From NCBI GenBank assembly GCA_013265495.1, contig MU058687.1, positions 1,798,001-1,862,000 on the forward strand: a stretch of DNA of 64,000 bases, given 5' to 3'. A program made the position numbers and the translations under genes. Below the pieces are notes generated by a model that made no database searches, had not been told where the DNA came from, and worked only from the letters and a program-made list of their open reading frames with translations. Positions 49,427 through 62,330 of the stretch are shown in pieces; the first letter of the stretch is position 1; the number at the start of each line of letters is the position of its first letter. The DNA comes from Vicugna vicugna. Lineage: Eukaryota.

Positions 49427-50569
49427 TTGTTTATCCATTTTTCTATTGATGGACATTAGAATTAGTTCCAATTTTTTACTATCCAATAAAAATTCTTACA
49501 TAACTTTTTTTGTAGCCATATGTTTTCATATTTGGGGGGTGAATACATTGGTTGTCAGCCATACAAGTGTATGTTTAAATTTACAAGAGATTGACAAATA
49601 GTTTTCTGAAACTGTTGTGTCATTTTATACCCCCATCAGCAATGTAGGAGAATTCTGGTTGCTCCACATGTCACTAACATTTGATATTGTTATCTGTTTG
49701 ATTTTAGTCATTTTAGTGCATATAAAATGGTATTTTCATCATCCCGATGACTACTGATATTGAGAACATGCTTATTGGCCATTCATACATTTGTTTTTGT
49801 AAACTATTCAAATATTTAATACATACTTTATTTACTTGTTATTGCATTGTTGAAGTCAACTGTCAATGATAGGATTTCTTTGTATTATCACTAGGAATCC
49901 TTTGTCACATATATGTATTGCAAACATTTTCCTTCAGCTCACCTTTTCATTTTCTTAGTGATGTCTTTTGATAAGCAGAAATGTTTAATTTTAATAGTTT
50001 AATTTATCAACTTTTAAAATTGATGATTAGAGCTTTTGTGTCCTGTGTTAGAAATCTTTGCCTATGACAAGCTTACAAAGACATCCTCATATTTTCTTCT
50101 AGCAGCTTTATGGTACTAGCTTTTAAATTTAGGGGTCTATGATCCAACTCAAATTTATTTTTGTGTATGAAGTGAAATAGAGGTCGAGGTTTACTTTTTT
50201 CCATATGAATATCCAGTTGTTCCAGCACCATTTGTTAAAAGACTTTCTTTTCCCTTTTGAATGCACTTGGTACCTTGGTCAAAAATCAATTGACCGTATG
50301 TTTATTGGTCTAATTCTGGATTCTTTATTCTGTTTCATTCATCTGTTTGTTTACTATTATGCTTATACTGCACTATCTTGATTGGATTGTTTTATGTGAG
50401 CCTTGAAATCATGAGCTGTAAGTCTCCCTTTTCAAGATTATTCTGAGTGTTGCAGATTCTTTGACTTTTCCACATAAATTTTAAAATAAGTGTCAGTTTC
50501 TTCAACAACTACAACAAAGCCTGCTGGGAACTTGATTGTAATTGCAGTGAACCTGTAATCAATTGGGGG

Positions 50570-51387
50570 TGGTTTCTAGTTCTGGTTGTGCCCAACCAGG
50601 TTTTTATCTGATCAACCCGATGGATAAAATACAAAATAATACCTGAAGGTACTGGAGAGTAAACAAAAGCTGGCAGATACTGGAAAAGAACCAATATTTT
50701 TAAAAGAAGGGAACTGCAAGGGGTGAGATTTCTGTTTGTTTTTTGTTTATTTATACTGCCTTTTAACCTGAGGGCCGGCCACAGTTTGCACCGCATGGAG
50801 CATTTAGAGCTTACATAGGAATTCAGAGTCTAACTGTCTTGACACACTGGAGGATGCAGTTCAGAGCAAGCACACTTGCTAGAGAGTAAGAGGAGAACCC
50901 TGGAAATGAGGCGACCAGAAAGGGGGAACCTAACTCCTACGTATAAATTTTGCCCAAATCTTGGGCTGATCTCTGGATAATGTATATGCAGGGCATACTC
51001 CAAACTATATAGTTGAAGCTAGAAGAACTGAACATAAATCTGAGCCATGGCCCACTGAAGGGAAGAAAGAACTGAAGTCTGAATTCAGCCAGTTTGCCTG
51101 CTTGAAACACGCACACACTTTCTCTCTGAAGCAATATAATACTATCCCATATATATACATCATTTCACAGTATCCAGCATATAATATGAAATTATTCAAC
51201 ATCTTGAAAAAAAAACAGGAAAATATGGCCCATTCTTAGAATAAAAGATAGTCAGTGGAGACCAATCCTAAGCAGCTCAGGTGATGGAATTAACAGACAA
51301 GTATTTAAAAGTGGCCATTATAACTATGAACAAGGATGTAAAGGAAAATATGCTTCAATGAATAAAAGATAGGAAATTTTAAGACAG
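50570..51387 (+). mobile_element. L1M4-like 5'UTR + start of ORF1, in opposite orientation inside the host L1
   Basis: ggataaaatacaaaataatacctgaagg...agtaaacaaaagctggcagat (old L1 5'UTR), then ggaattaacagacaag...ataactatg...aaggaaaatatg (ORF1 N-terminus). Confidence 0.65.
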
Positions 51388-52209
51388 ATCTTCCAATTCG
51401 TCAAGATATGGTGTATCTCTATATTTATTTAGGTTTTTTCTAATGTTTCTCGTTAATGTTCTGTAAATTCAATACAGAAATCTCACACATTTTCCACTAT
51501 ATTTATTCCTAGATATTTGGTGTATTTTTGCGATATTGTAAGTTGTATTGCTTTTTAAAATTTCATTTTCAGTTAAACTGAAATTTCAATTGTGTATCGC
51601 ATATAAAAATGTAATTGCTTACGGAGCTTGATTCCTGCAACTTTGCCACATTTATGTATTAGTTCTACCAATGTTTTAATAAAATGCATAGGACTTTCAC
51701 ATGGCTGTGAATAATGGCAGGTTTTTTTTTTCTTATTATACTGGCTACGTCTTAACAATACTAATTTTGTATAGAAGTAGTGAGAGGAAAACATCTTTCC
51801 TCTATTCCTGATCTTAGGGGGAAAGAGTTCAGTGTTTCACCAATGAGTATCATGTTAGCCATAGATTTTTCATAGATAATCCTTTTCTGTTTCTAGTTTA
51901 CTGAGAGTTTCTGTCATAAATTAATTTTGTCCAATGCATTTTTTAATGTCCAGTGTATTTTGATATCTAATAATACTCTCATATAATTTTTCCTCTTTAT
52001 TCTCACAATGTGGTGAATTACATGATTGATTTTCTTTTTTCAACGTTAAATCATTCCTGTGGTAAATACCACTTGGTCATGATATATTATCTAAAGGAGA
52101 TATATATTTTTATAGGAAATAGATGATTATATTTGCTAATATTTTGTCAAAGCTTTTTGTGTGTGTGTTCATCAGGCATGTTGGTCTGTAAATTTCCCAT
52201 AATGTCTTT

Positions 52210-52298
52210 ATTTTTTAATAAAGGTCCTGGGGATTGAATTCGGGACCTCATGCATGCTAAGCACATACTCTACCACTGAGCTATACTCTGCCCACTTG
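52210..52298 (-). mobile_element. Camelid tRNA-derived SINE (Vic-1 type) with 10-bp TSD
   Basis: Same A/B-box body as 36416-36554. TSD TAATGTCTTT at 52200-52209 and 52299-52308. Confidence 0.85.
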
Positions 52299-52789
52299 TA
52301 ATGTCTTTGTCAAGTTTTTACTATCACAGATATGGTTAACATTGTAAAATGAGTTGGGTAGTTTTCCATTCTGTTTTCTGAAATATTTGGTGAAAGATTG
52401 AAATTACTTCTTCTTTAAATGTTTGATAGAATTCATTGAAAACATCTGGGCTTAAAAGTTTTCCTTGTTAGGAAGGTTTTTGATTACAAGTTAAATTTAT
52501 ATATTTAGATTTTCTCTTATCCTGTCACTTTCTATAAGTTGTATTTCCAAGAATTTCTTCAGTTTATCTAAGTTGTTAAATATTTGACCAGAGTTTTTCA
52601 CAATATCTCCTTATGTTTTGATACATATATTCTCTGTATGACGTTCCCCTCCATTCATGATATTAATAATTTATGTCTTTTTTTCCCTGTGATCAGCTTG
52701 CTTGGAATTTATCAACTTCTAAATTTTTTTCATATAGCCAACTTTTGACTTTGTTGGTATTCTCTATTTACCCATTTTCTATTTCATTG

Positions 52790-53152
52790 TTGTTAAAAAG
52801 GTAAACTGAAGTACATTAAATTTTCAGAGTTCATTTGAGTGAACATTGATTTTAATTGGGAAGTGCCAAACTGAAAATGGTTCGGAGCACTCCACAGGGA
52901 AGAATAAGGGGAAGACTTTTTTTTTATATATATATAAAGCAGACTTGAGCAAAGCAAGGGAATTATTCGGCTATCGCGTAAGTGGTTGCCTTATTTGGAA
53001 AAGTCTTGTTGGTTGTTTGTGATTGTTTGTACTTAAATTTCATTTTCTCAGATGTGAATGCATTGACTCTGGTTTGAGTTTGGGTTTGTTTACATAGACT
53101 GCCAAGGCATTAGAGGCACCTCATTCTAATGGCCTCCTTGTTTAATTTCTTG
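52790..53152. mobile_element. ERV1-class solo LTR (MER4-group-like)
   Basis: tgttaaaaaggtaaactgaag...aaattttcagagttcatttgag...ggcctccttgtttaattt interrupts the L1 at ttc-ATTG / ATTG-atttctgctc (possible 4-bp TSD). Confidence 0.6.
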
Positions 53153-54769
53153 ATTGATTTCTGCTCTTATTATTTTTTTATTCTTCTACTTTGTGTTTAA
53201 CTTGCTTTTATTTTTCTAGTTTCTTAAAGTGGAAGCTTAGAATGTTGATTTTATACCTTTCTTCTTTTCTAATACAGACATTTACTACTATACATTTTTG
53301 TCTAAAGACTCTTTTAACTGCATCTTCAATTTTGTTTGATTGCGTTTTCATTACCATTCAGTTTGATACATTTTCTAATTTCTCTTCCTTTGATCCATAG
53401 ATTATTTAAATTGTGTTGTTTAATTTCCAAATATTTGGGGATTTTCTAGATATCTTACTGTTACTAATTTTTAACTTAATACCATTCTGGTTAGATTATA
53501 CTCTATGTGATTTTGGTCTTACGATTTTTATTGAGACTTATTCTATGGCTCAGTAGTTTAGACTATCTTGGTGCATGTGTCACGTGCACTTGAAAAGAAT
53601 GTGTATTCTGAAGTTGCTGAGTGTGGTTTTCAATAATGGTCAAGTAGATTGAGTTGGTTGAGTGGTGTATAAGTGTTTAAGACAAGGTTGGCAGTTTTTT
53701 AAATTTTTGTTTCCTTTATAATACTTTAAAGATAGCTAACCATTGTTTCCTAGCTGTTGTTTTTTAATGATAAGTCAGCTAATCATTTGCATTGTTGTCC
53801 CATTATATGTAATGTTCCCACTACCACCAAGCACCCCACCACCCTGGCTGCTTTTAAGACTTTCTTCTTCTTTTTTTTTTTTTCAGTTTCAGCATTCTAA
53901 TATGATCTACCTGGGTATGAATTTCTTTGTATTTATTCTGCTTAGGGTTTCCTGAGCTACTTAGGTCTGTGGATTAATGTCTTTCATCATCTTTGGAAAT
54001 TCTCGGCCCTTATCTCTTTAAATATTTCTTCTGCCCCATTCTCTCTCCTCAGTTTCTGGGATTCCAATTTTGTGTATGTTATATACTCTACTCTGCTGTG
54101 TCCAGTCTGCTGCTAAGCATTTTGAATGTACTCCTCATTTCTGATTTTATATTTTTTCATTTCTAGGATTCTTGTTTTGTTCTTTTTCTTTTTTTTATAG
54201 ATTTCATCTTTCTGTTGAAATCCTCTATCTGTTTATATGTGTTACCCACCTTTTATGTTAGACTTTTACATTTTTATTATAGTTATTTTGAAGTCCATGT
54301 CTGCTAAGTCTAACATCTGTATCATCTCTCATTCTCCTTCTGTAATTATTAATCATTTGCTGGACATTTTAGGTAAAACCACAGACTTAAGTAAATAATA
54401 TTTACAAACCACTCCCCCCAAAAAAGATATGCTCATCTTTTTCTCAGGTTGCTAATGTGTGGGAGGGGTGCAGAGGAAGAAGAGGTTGAGACAATCTGAT
54501 AATTAAGCTCCATCTAGACTTTGTTGCAGCTTTAGTTAGATTCAGCTTACCTCTGGCTTCAAATGTTTTGAGGGTAGGATGGGACCAACAGTAAGGTTCT
54601 AAAGATTTTTTTGTGCTTTACAGTTGTGTGGACTGCTTCCTGAACTATGGGAGATCTCTGCTTTTCATCCTGAATGTCAGCCTTTGGGGTAGCTGATGAG
54701 TCCTTTTCTTTCCAATCTTGCTCTCTTACCTGCCTCCACCATCCCCAAGCTGTGGAAGCCTATCTCTCA

Positions 54770-55725
54770 ATAGTTCTCAAAGTGGTGTTCATGGACCTGG
54801 GGACCAGAGGGATCCTCAGGGCCCTTAGAGGAAGCCAGTAGGATCAATTGGTTTTTTTTATAGTAATACTAAGACTTTTGCTTCTTTCACTATGTTAACA
54901 TTTGCACTGATGGTGCAGAAACAATGGTGGTTTTGTCAAAGTCCTCACACTTTAACATAAATCAAGGAAGTGCCACCAAGTTGTAGTAGTAATCATTGTA
55001 TTCTTTACCACCAGATTATTTGTAGTTAAAAGAGACATGCCAGTGCTACTTAAGAATACCCTTGATACAAGCAGTAATAATTCCTAACTCTCAACCCTAG
55101 ATTACATTTCTTTTTAATATTCTGTTTGGCAAAATGGGCTGTACACATAAAGCACTTCTGCTGCATACTGTCTGACACTTGTCTCCGAGAAAAGCACTTT
55201 GTGTCTAAATTGTAGTCTGAACTAGCCACTTTTTTCATGAAACATTTTTACTGAAAGAACAACTGATAGACAAACTGTAGTTATTCAGATTTGGATATCT
55301 GGCAGACATTTTCCCAAAAATATACAGTGAGCTTATCACTTTGAGGAAAACAAGTGGCAGTATTTGTAGTCAGTGATAAAATTCTAGCTTTTAAGAAAAA
55401 AAAAATAAGAATTTTGAAAACACATCTACCACTATGAATTTGACACTTCCTAATACCTGAAGACTTTTCTGGTGAGACTGGAGTGATATTAACAAATGTG
55501 ACTTTTAATATTGTTTAATGAGCTATGTCAACATGTGGAAGGTCTGCATAACTCAGTAGAACCAATATTCCTAAAGACTAATGCGTGATGTTACAAAAAT
55601 CTTGCATGGATGAAAGATCCATTCAAAATACAAGATAGACCAACAGAGTATGAAAAGCTCATTGATCTGATTTCAGAATCTACATTACAAATAACTTTTA
55701 GACTACTACTTTTTGAGTTTTGGTA
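54770..55725 (+). mobile_element. Charlie1-type hAT transposon fragment with decayed transposase
   Basis: TIR-like caatagttctcaaagtgg start; gatatctggcagacattttc, gatccattcaaaatacaagatagacca. Confidence 0.75.
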
Positions 55726-56934
55726 AGGTCGAAGAATTATAGCCACAGTTTTTCTGAAAGGGACTTTAGTTAGTCACTACCCTGCTCCCAGGCATCAGTG
55801 TCCCCTTGCACCTGAAAGAGTTGATGGGTGGGTACAGATGCACTCTGTGGCTGGGGATTCAGAGAATACAAAATGCAGGTGTTAAAACTTTGTCAAAAGT
55901 TTAGCTGGTTGTGCCTTAATCCTCACCTGTGGCAGACTCCTGGTCCCCCACGGGCCACCCTGGCTGAAAGTGAAGAACTTGTCACTTCTTTGGACTTTAT
56001 TCATTTAGGTTTCTTTATGTCCTTGGCATTTTGCTAGATTTGAAAGAAGTATGATTTAGCAACTTATTCAGCTTGTTGTTTTGATTAAGGTAAAAGGAAC
56101 AGGCTCTTAAAACTTCCTACTTACTCAGAAGCCGAAGTCCAACAGAAACTTTTAAATGTTTTCTGTTTTTCTGCCTTTGATTTAACTACAAGAGAGATGA
56201 TACCGAGGTTGGTGAATGAAGGAACTGTATTAAGTAAAAAGGGGCCTCTTTCATTATTTCTGAAAATGGAGGAGACACTCTCCTTTGAGATCATGAGTTT
56301 TAAGGAGTCCCAGAGGCCTGTCCATTTCACTCTCACTCTCCCTTGAGCACCATCTAGAGCCAAAAAAAGAAGCCACTACCTTTATATGGGTAGAAGCAAG
56401 ATTGAAAGACTGGGGAGAATGTTAGGATGGGAGACAGGCAGTGTAAACAGACGATCGTTTCTCTGAGATCACCAGTGAGGAGTAGAACAAAGTAGAATGA
56501 CGGCTGCCTGTAGGTCTCATCCTCAGTCTCCGGGGTGATCGGCTCTGATGGGGGATCAGGAAGTAGGTCTGAGCAGAAAACTGAATGCTTCCAAGGATGG
56601 ATTATATAGTCACTCCCTTCACTATTTAGTGAATTGAAGAGGAGGCAAATCCATCCCTCCCCAGATAACCTTTCTTAGTCCTCAGCATGTAGCATTGCAG
56701 TACCATTATAATAATCCTTTGAATGAACTACACAGCAGGGCTCTTCTTTTCAGTAACTTGGAGCACTTTGGACCTCACAACGAATACTGTATTTATGACT
56801 AGGTTGTGCTAACTTTGCAACACAGAATCCTCTGGTGGAAAATGGTCAGATTTATGTTTTCTATACACTCGCTCAGAACTGTAGGGTAGCACTCAGACAG
56901 AATTGGGAGGGGGAAGGGTCGTAATCACAGCAGT

Positions 56935-57130
56935 GTTAGTGGCGGTAATATATTTTTGGAGCCCTTCCTGTGTGTCAGTCCTTACATTTATGTTAACTCT
57001 CTAATCTCCACAATAACCCTATGAAATAGGTACTTTTGTCACATCCCCTGTTTACAAGTGAAGTTTAAGAAGAATAAAGCATAGAGAAGTTGAATATAAT
57101 AAAGGCCACAGTAGAGAGAATCCTACTTGC
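56935..57130 (-). mobile_element. MIR SINE
   Basis: ctccacaataaccctatgaaataggtac...agagaagttgaat. Confidence 0.65.
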
Positions 57131-60100
57131 GTATTCTCTCCTTATTCATTTGGTCTTTGTGAATATGACCCAATCCCCGCTGCCCTGGGAAGGATTGGGA
57201 ATAGGACACACAGCATTCCGTGCAGAACCACTCTTATTTTGTCCTTGGATATACCCCCAAGGCAAAGGGAGAGCCCCACCACATTTCGTAATGCCTCTCT
57301 GGTCCCTGAGCTTCCTTCTTCTGGCCAGCACTGCTTTGTACAGCTCGTGGGAGCCCTTCTCTCATCTGGAGGATTTTGACACTTATAGCACCTTTCTAGC
57401 ACTTATTACATGCCATGACTACTTTGTTTGAAATTGAAATTTCATAAGCAAAGAAAATGTAACCTCTGCTGTCCTTAAATATCTATACATTCCACCAGGT
57501 GTGGTAGAATAAGGGCCATGGAAGTGGGTAGATATTATTTCTTGTAAAGAAATAGAGTCTCCCCAGAAAGCATCTCCTTCATGTCCTTATAGTGTTTCTC
57601 ATTAGAAGCACCACTGGCATTTGAGCAGCACAGGTTTTCCTAGTACAGGGCTCTTCCTTACAATTTTGGACATTTAACTCCCTTCACCTCCACCTACTAA
57701 ATGTCAGCGACCTCCCCCTCCTCATTATTATGACAGTTGAAAGCGCACTCACACCCTTGCCAGCACCCTCAAGAGGGACAGAGGTGTCTTTGGACATGGT
57801 TGCTTAGGTTTTGCTGAGACTGGGGGGAAGGAAGCTGGGGAAATGGGCTGCAGAATCACACTCTTTTGTACAGCTATCACATTCCTGTCTCATCCCTACC
57901 CTGCACTCTTGTGACATCACATCATTCTTGGGAAACCTTGACACTGAAATCATCTCTTTATGAAGAGGGCAACAGCTTTCTCAGGAGGTTTTGCTTTGCT
58001 AAAGACCAGTGCATTTTACAAATTTCCTCCAAGTTCCTTGCAACCAACATCCATATGATGGAACAGATATTAAACCGAACTGAAAGGTATAGCACCTTAG
58101 TATGTTTTGGCTGGAGGTTGGGGGTGGGGGGCAAGAAGGGCATTTATGGTGAGAAACATTTAGTCCTGCAGCACCACAGTGTAATATAGGAAGTAAGAGG
58201 AAGTTCTAAATGAATAGGCTGAAAGAGCCTGCATGGTTCAGAACCCTTTGCCATATTGTTGCCTGTTAGCTTCATGTGTAGTAAGAGCAAAATACAGCAT
58301 AGTTCACTTTGAGTTTGAATCAAATGTTAAACATTCTGCTCATTCTCACAGCTAACTCTCTTGACTCTGTATGTCAAACTCTAGAAATAATGTAAAACTA
58401 TTACAGGTTATTTACAGGGAATGTCTACAATGTTATATTTTAGTTCTGAGCAAAGAATAACATAAAAACTAAATTTTAGAGAGAATAATTGAATCTCAAA
58501 ATTTGAGTGGGAGTAGAAAATGTCTTATTAGTAAACCAAAATGAACGGAGGTTCATGAAAATAGAATGGAATTTTGGGTGGAAATGGAAACTATTAGGAA
58601 TATATAGATATATAATCTCAGGCAAAGCCCCAGTGAGGGTACAGCTGGCCTCCTCCACGTCGGTCATTAGAACACTTGCAGACCACAGAGCTTGTGCTTT
58701 AATTGTGAGACACCACGGCCTGAGTAACACCCACTGGAATCCAAAGCAAGCAGGTTTCACGTGGCCCTTAGCACATTGCCTTCCACAGCCGAGCACTCCT
58801 GCACCCACCCAGTGTTGCACTGTAAAAATTCCTTCCTCTTTGCTAAAAGCCTGTACTTGCTTGAGAAACTTCCTTTTGTGATTTGGAGACTGGGCTTATG
58901 TTACTGATAAGATTAAAAACAGCTTTCCCTGTGAAAGTTTATAATGTTGCGGTCTGTTCAGTGTGTGTGCAATAGGATGAATCAGCCTTCTCTTATCCAG
59001 AGTCCATTTATTTGATCTTCCCTTGCCCCGTGTCCTACCCCTTCTACATCTACAGACCCCTGGTTCATGTGCCAACACTTGAGAATCTGTCGCTGGTCAT
59101 CTCCAAATCAGGGGACCTAGTTACAGACTCGGATTTCTGACTACACCAAGAAGACATTAAAGTAAATGCCTGCTAGGAATATTTGTTATTAAAGCAATTT
59201 TTAGAAAATAAACCAATCGGGCTAGCTCATGAGATGGATTCTGATAAAACTACATAGTTATATAAATTCTTTAATATCGAATCCCTGAGTCTAGATTGCT
59301 TCTTATGGCTAGAAACCTCTGTAACCAGCAGGCCAGGAATGGAAGTAGAATCACAGTTGATGAATTTTCTGACCTTTGGCCCAGTTATCATAAATAATGG
59401 TTTCAGTCTAGAGTCAAAGCTCTGCCCTAATTGGTGTGGAAATCTCAAGGTTGTTCAGCCAGGCAGTTCCTCCTGTTTCATCTGTCTCTTCCCTTGTGTT
59501 CGTGTGATCATTGGATCGGCTCACTTCTGCCTTGAACCTTCTCTTCATTTGTACTTAGATACCTTTCTCCACTGCCCTTCCTTCCACTTAGCTATTTCTT
59601 GCACGTTATCTTCAGTAAGCTTTTCTCTTCCCTCACTAATGAGAATAGAGATAACAGTTTCCTCTGGCCCCTTCCTTCTTAACTGTGTCACTCCTGTTTA
59701 AGTCACTTTGTGAATAATGTTAACATGTTATTCATGTACTTAGGTATTTATTTATGTTCAGTCATCGGCCTCCACATTTCTCCACACCTCCAGAAGCCCT
59801 TTGAGAAAGATCATGTCTAACAACGTGCACATGGAGGCAATTCAAGAGGGATCACTGAAGATCAGATGTCATACTGAAAAAAAACTAATAAATAATCTCT
59901 GAGCTCTTTCTTTGGTACTGTTTTCCAGAAAGATTAGCTGAAAGTGCATAATTGTGCAACTGAACTGTGGGAGCCAAACGGTGGGAGGAGGTGAGCAAGG
60001 GATGTGACAGATCAGGTGAGATTATGTGAGGAGAAAACCTGTCATCCATGGACTTCAGAATACATTTCACAGACCTTCCCTTAACTAGGTATTTGGAAAT

Positions 60101-60664
60101 CTCCTAGAGGGAGGTGGGGAAACTGAAGCAGAGAGCCAAACCAACCAAGCTGTGAGAGAGGAGGTCACAGGAGAGAGAGGAGCGTGGACTTCTGGCCTCA
60201 GCGGACATCCGCTTTGCTCCCTCCCACAGGGCTCTGCTGGGGTCGTTAGGACCCAGGCTGTAAATCACCAGGTGGCCTGTAGGTCAGGGCTCAGGAAGGT
60301 CTGCAAAAACTCACCCCAGTGTTGTTGCATCTCTGCCACTGAAATGACTGTTAACACCAAAGGATATTTACAAAGGAAAGAACAACGTGATGATTTAAAT
60401 CACTATCAATATCTCTCTTAAATTAGGCAGTTACATTTCTCTAAGCCCCATGAACCAAGGTCTGGGATATAGCTGTTCAGTATGAGATTCTTTGCGTTTC
60501 TTCTGTGTACAATTTTCTGGTCACTGTAACTCTAAAAGGAAAACAAAACAAAACAAACAAGGCAATTAAAGAAAGTTCAGAGATGAATAGCTAAAAGTGT
60601 TAAGGAGATGGAAGGACTTCCAAATAAGACTGTTCTAAAAATAAATGGGGACCTTTAAAAAAAA

Positions 60665-61180
60665 ATCTGTGGTAAAATAATACATAAAATACAGTTTACC
60701 ATTTTAAAGTGTACAATTCAATGGCATTTAGAACTTTTACAATGTTGTGCAACCATTACTGCTGTCCCGTCTCTAAAACTTTTCGTCATCCCANNNNNNN
60801 NNNNNNNNNNNNNNNNNNNNNNNNNNNNNNNNNNNNNNNNNNNNNNNNNNNNNNNNNNNNNNNNNNNNNNNNNNNNNNNNNNNNNNNNNNNNNNNNNNNN
60901 NNNNNNNNNNNNNNNNNNNNNNNNNNNNNNNNNNNNNNNNNNNNNNNNNNNNNNNNNNNNNNNNTATATCACATTTAGTTTATCCATATCCACATTTAGT
61001 TGGTGGATACTTGGGTTGTTTTTACTTGGCTATAGTGAAAAGTAATGCTGCTACTAACATTGGTGTACAAGTATCTGAGTCCCTGCTTTCAACTCTTTTG
61101 GGTATATACCTAGGAGTAGAATTGCTGGATCATGTAGTAATTCTGTGCTTAGCTTTCTGAGGTGCTGCCAGAGTGCTTTC
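60665..61180 (-). mobile_element. L1MB-like 3' fragment (two gaps)
   Basis: ttttaaagtgtacaattcaatggcatttag...gggtatatacctaggagtagaattgctggatc. Confidence 0.8.
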
Positions 61181-62134
61181 NNNNNNNNNNNNNNNNNNNN
61201 NNNNNNNNNNNNNNNNNNNNNNNNNNNNNNNNNNNNNNNNNNNNNNNNNNNNNNNNNNNNNNNNNNNNNNNNNNNNNNNNNNNNNNNNNNNNNNNNNNNN
61301 NNNNNNNNNNNNNNNNNNNNNNNNNNNTTCCTACCTGGAGAAAAAGGACTGAAGGGAAATGTAAGAGCCTGTAGTTGTAAAGGCTTCAACTTGGATGTAC
61401 ACAGACATGGTCGCCAGAGTCTAAAACTTTAGAATTTAGGCAGGGACGACTTAACAGAATTTAACAAATAGCACAGCACAGGTACTGAACAGACCACAAG
61501 GCCATCAGTCCTACACCTTCCTCTCGTGTGTAGGTTAAATGTTGGCCTGGCTGGGGACCCTGATGAGATGAATTCAGAATAATGAAAAATCCATGTTCCT
61601 GCACCAGTTATGTTATCCCATAATAGGGACATAAGCTCAAATATAACCATTCTTTTAAAAATTTAGACACTTTCACTAATGAGTAGCTAAGAAAAACCAA
61701 CAATTGTGTGCAATTCACCCCCATATTTTTGAAATTGACATTGGAGAAGACAGTTGTGCCTCTGTTCTTACCTTCAAATAGCCTGCCATCCTGCGTTTGA
61801 AGCTCTCTGGGCTCCTCTTGGAGGTCCTTTTGGCAATTCAGAGGAGTGAAATCGATATTTTAACTATTTACCATTCAACAGATATTTATTGTGTACCCAC
61901 CATGTGCCAAGCCTTCTGATAAGCACTCCAAATAGAATGGAGAGAGCAGGGCAGACCATCTTAGTCTTCACAGAGCTACGATTTAGGAGATGGGTCAGAT
62001 AATTTCTCCCACAAATAGATTTGTAATTCCAAACTGCGTTTTGTTCTATAAAGGAAAAATACCTGAGATATTTGTCTCCTTTCTTTCACTGTTCACACGA
62101 CCACTGTAAGAAATCTGCTTTCTTTTCTCTTCAG

Positions 62135-62330
62135 GAACCTCCAAACAGGTGGCTTTGCGTGGGAGGGAGAGGTAGAGAACAACGCGTATAGCAAGGCTAC
62201 CGGGGTGGTCCCCCAGCACAAGTATCACCCCACAGCGGGCAGCTACCAACTCCATTTTGCCCTGCAACAACTTGAACAGCAAAAACTTCAGTCCCGGCAG
62301 CTTCTGGACCAGAGTCGAGCCCGGCACCAG
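62135..62330 (+). CDS. TTLL5: TTLL5 coding exon C (R)[65 protein letters not shown]
   Basis: Acceptor ctttcttttctcttcag|G; donor CAG|gtaatt at 62331. 196 nt, phase 2 to 0. Translated by hand because the ORF track lists only the antisense frame. Confidence 0.96.

Larger units (their letters stand above)
49132..54770 (-). mobile_element. Old, near full-span L1M (3'UTR-ORF2-ORF1-5'UTR) with nested insertions
   Basis: Collinear antisense L1 blocks from 3'UTR (49132) through ORF2 (to about 53640) and ORF1 (about 53700-54340) to 5'UTR. Confidence 0.75.
2175..61327. other. Eleven assembly gaps (N runs): 2175-2259, 23177-23340, 23811-23950, 24874-25008, 30499-30688, 31539-31800, 36272-36415, 37763-37890, 38847-38980, 60794-60963, 61181-61327
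   Basis: N runs of unequal length, most of them within repeats; typical of a short-read scaffold. Confidence 0.95.
20195..62134 (+). other. TTLL5: TTLL5 intron (41,940 bp, phase 2)
   Basis: gtaggt...ttctcttcag boundaries; AG + G completes an Arg codon across the junction. Confidence 0.92.

Noticed and set aside
58476-58881. Overlapping 114-aa and 124-aa ORFs on opposite strands
   Set aside because: No recognisable protein family, no convincing splice sites in the TTLL5 phase, and lengths compatible with chance.
62270-62330. LxxLL nuclear-receptor box in exon C
   Set aside because: LQSRQLL has the wrong spacing; no canonical LxxLL occurs in the three exons.
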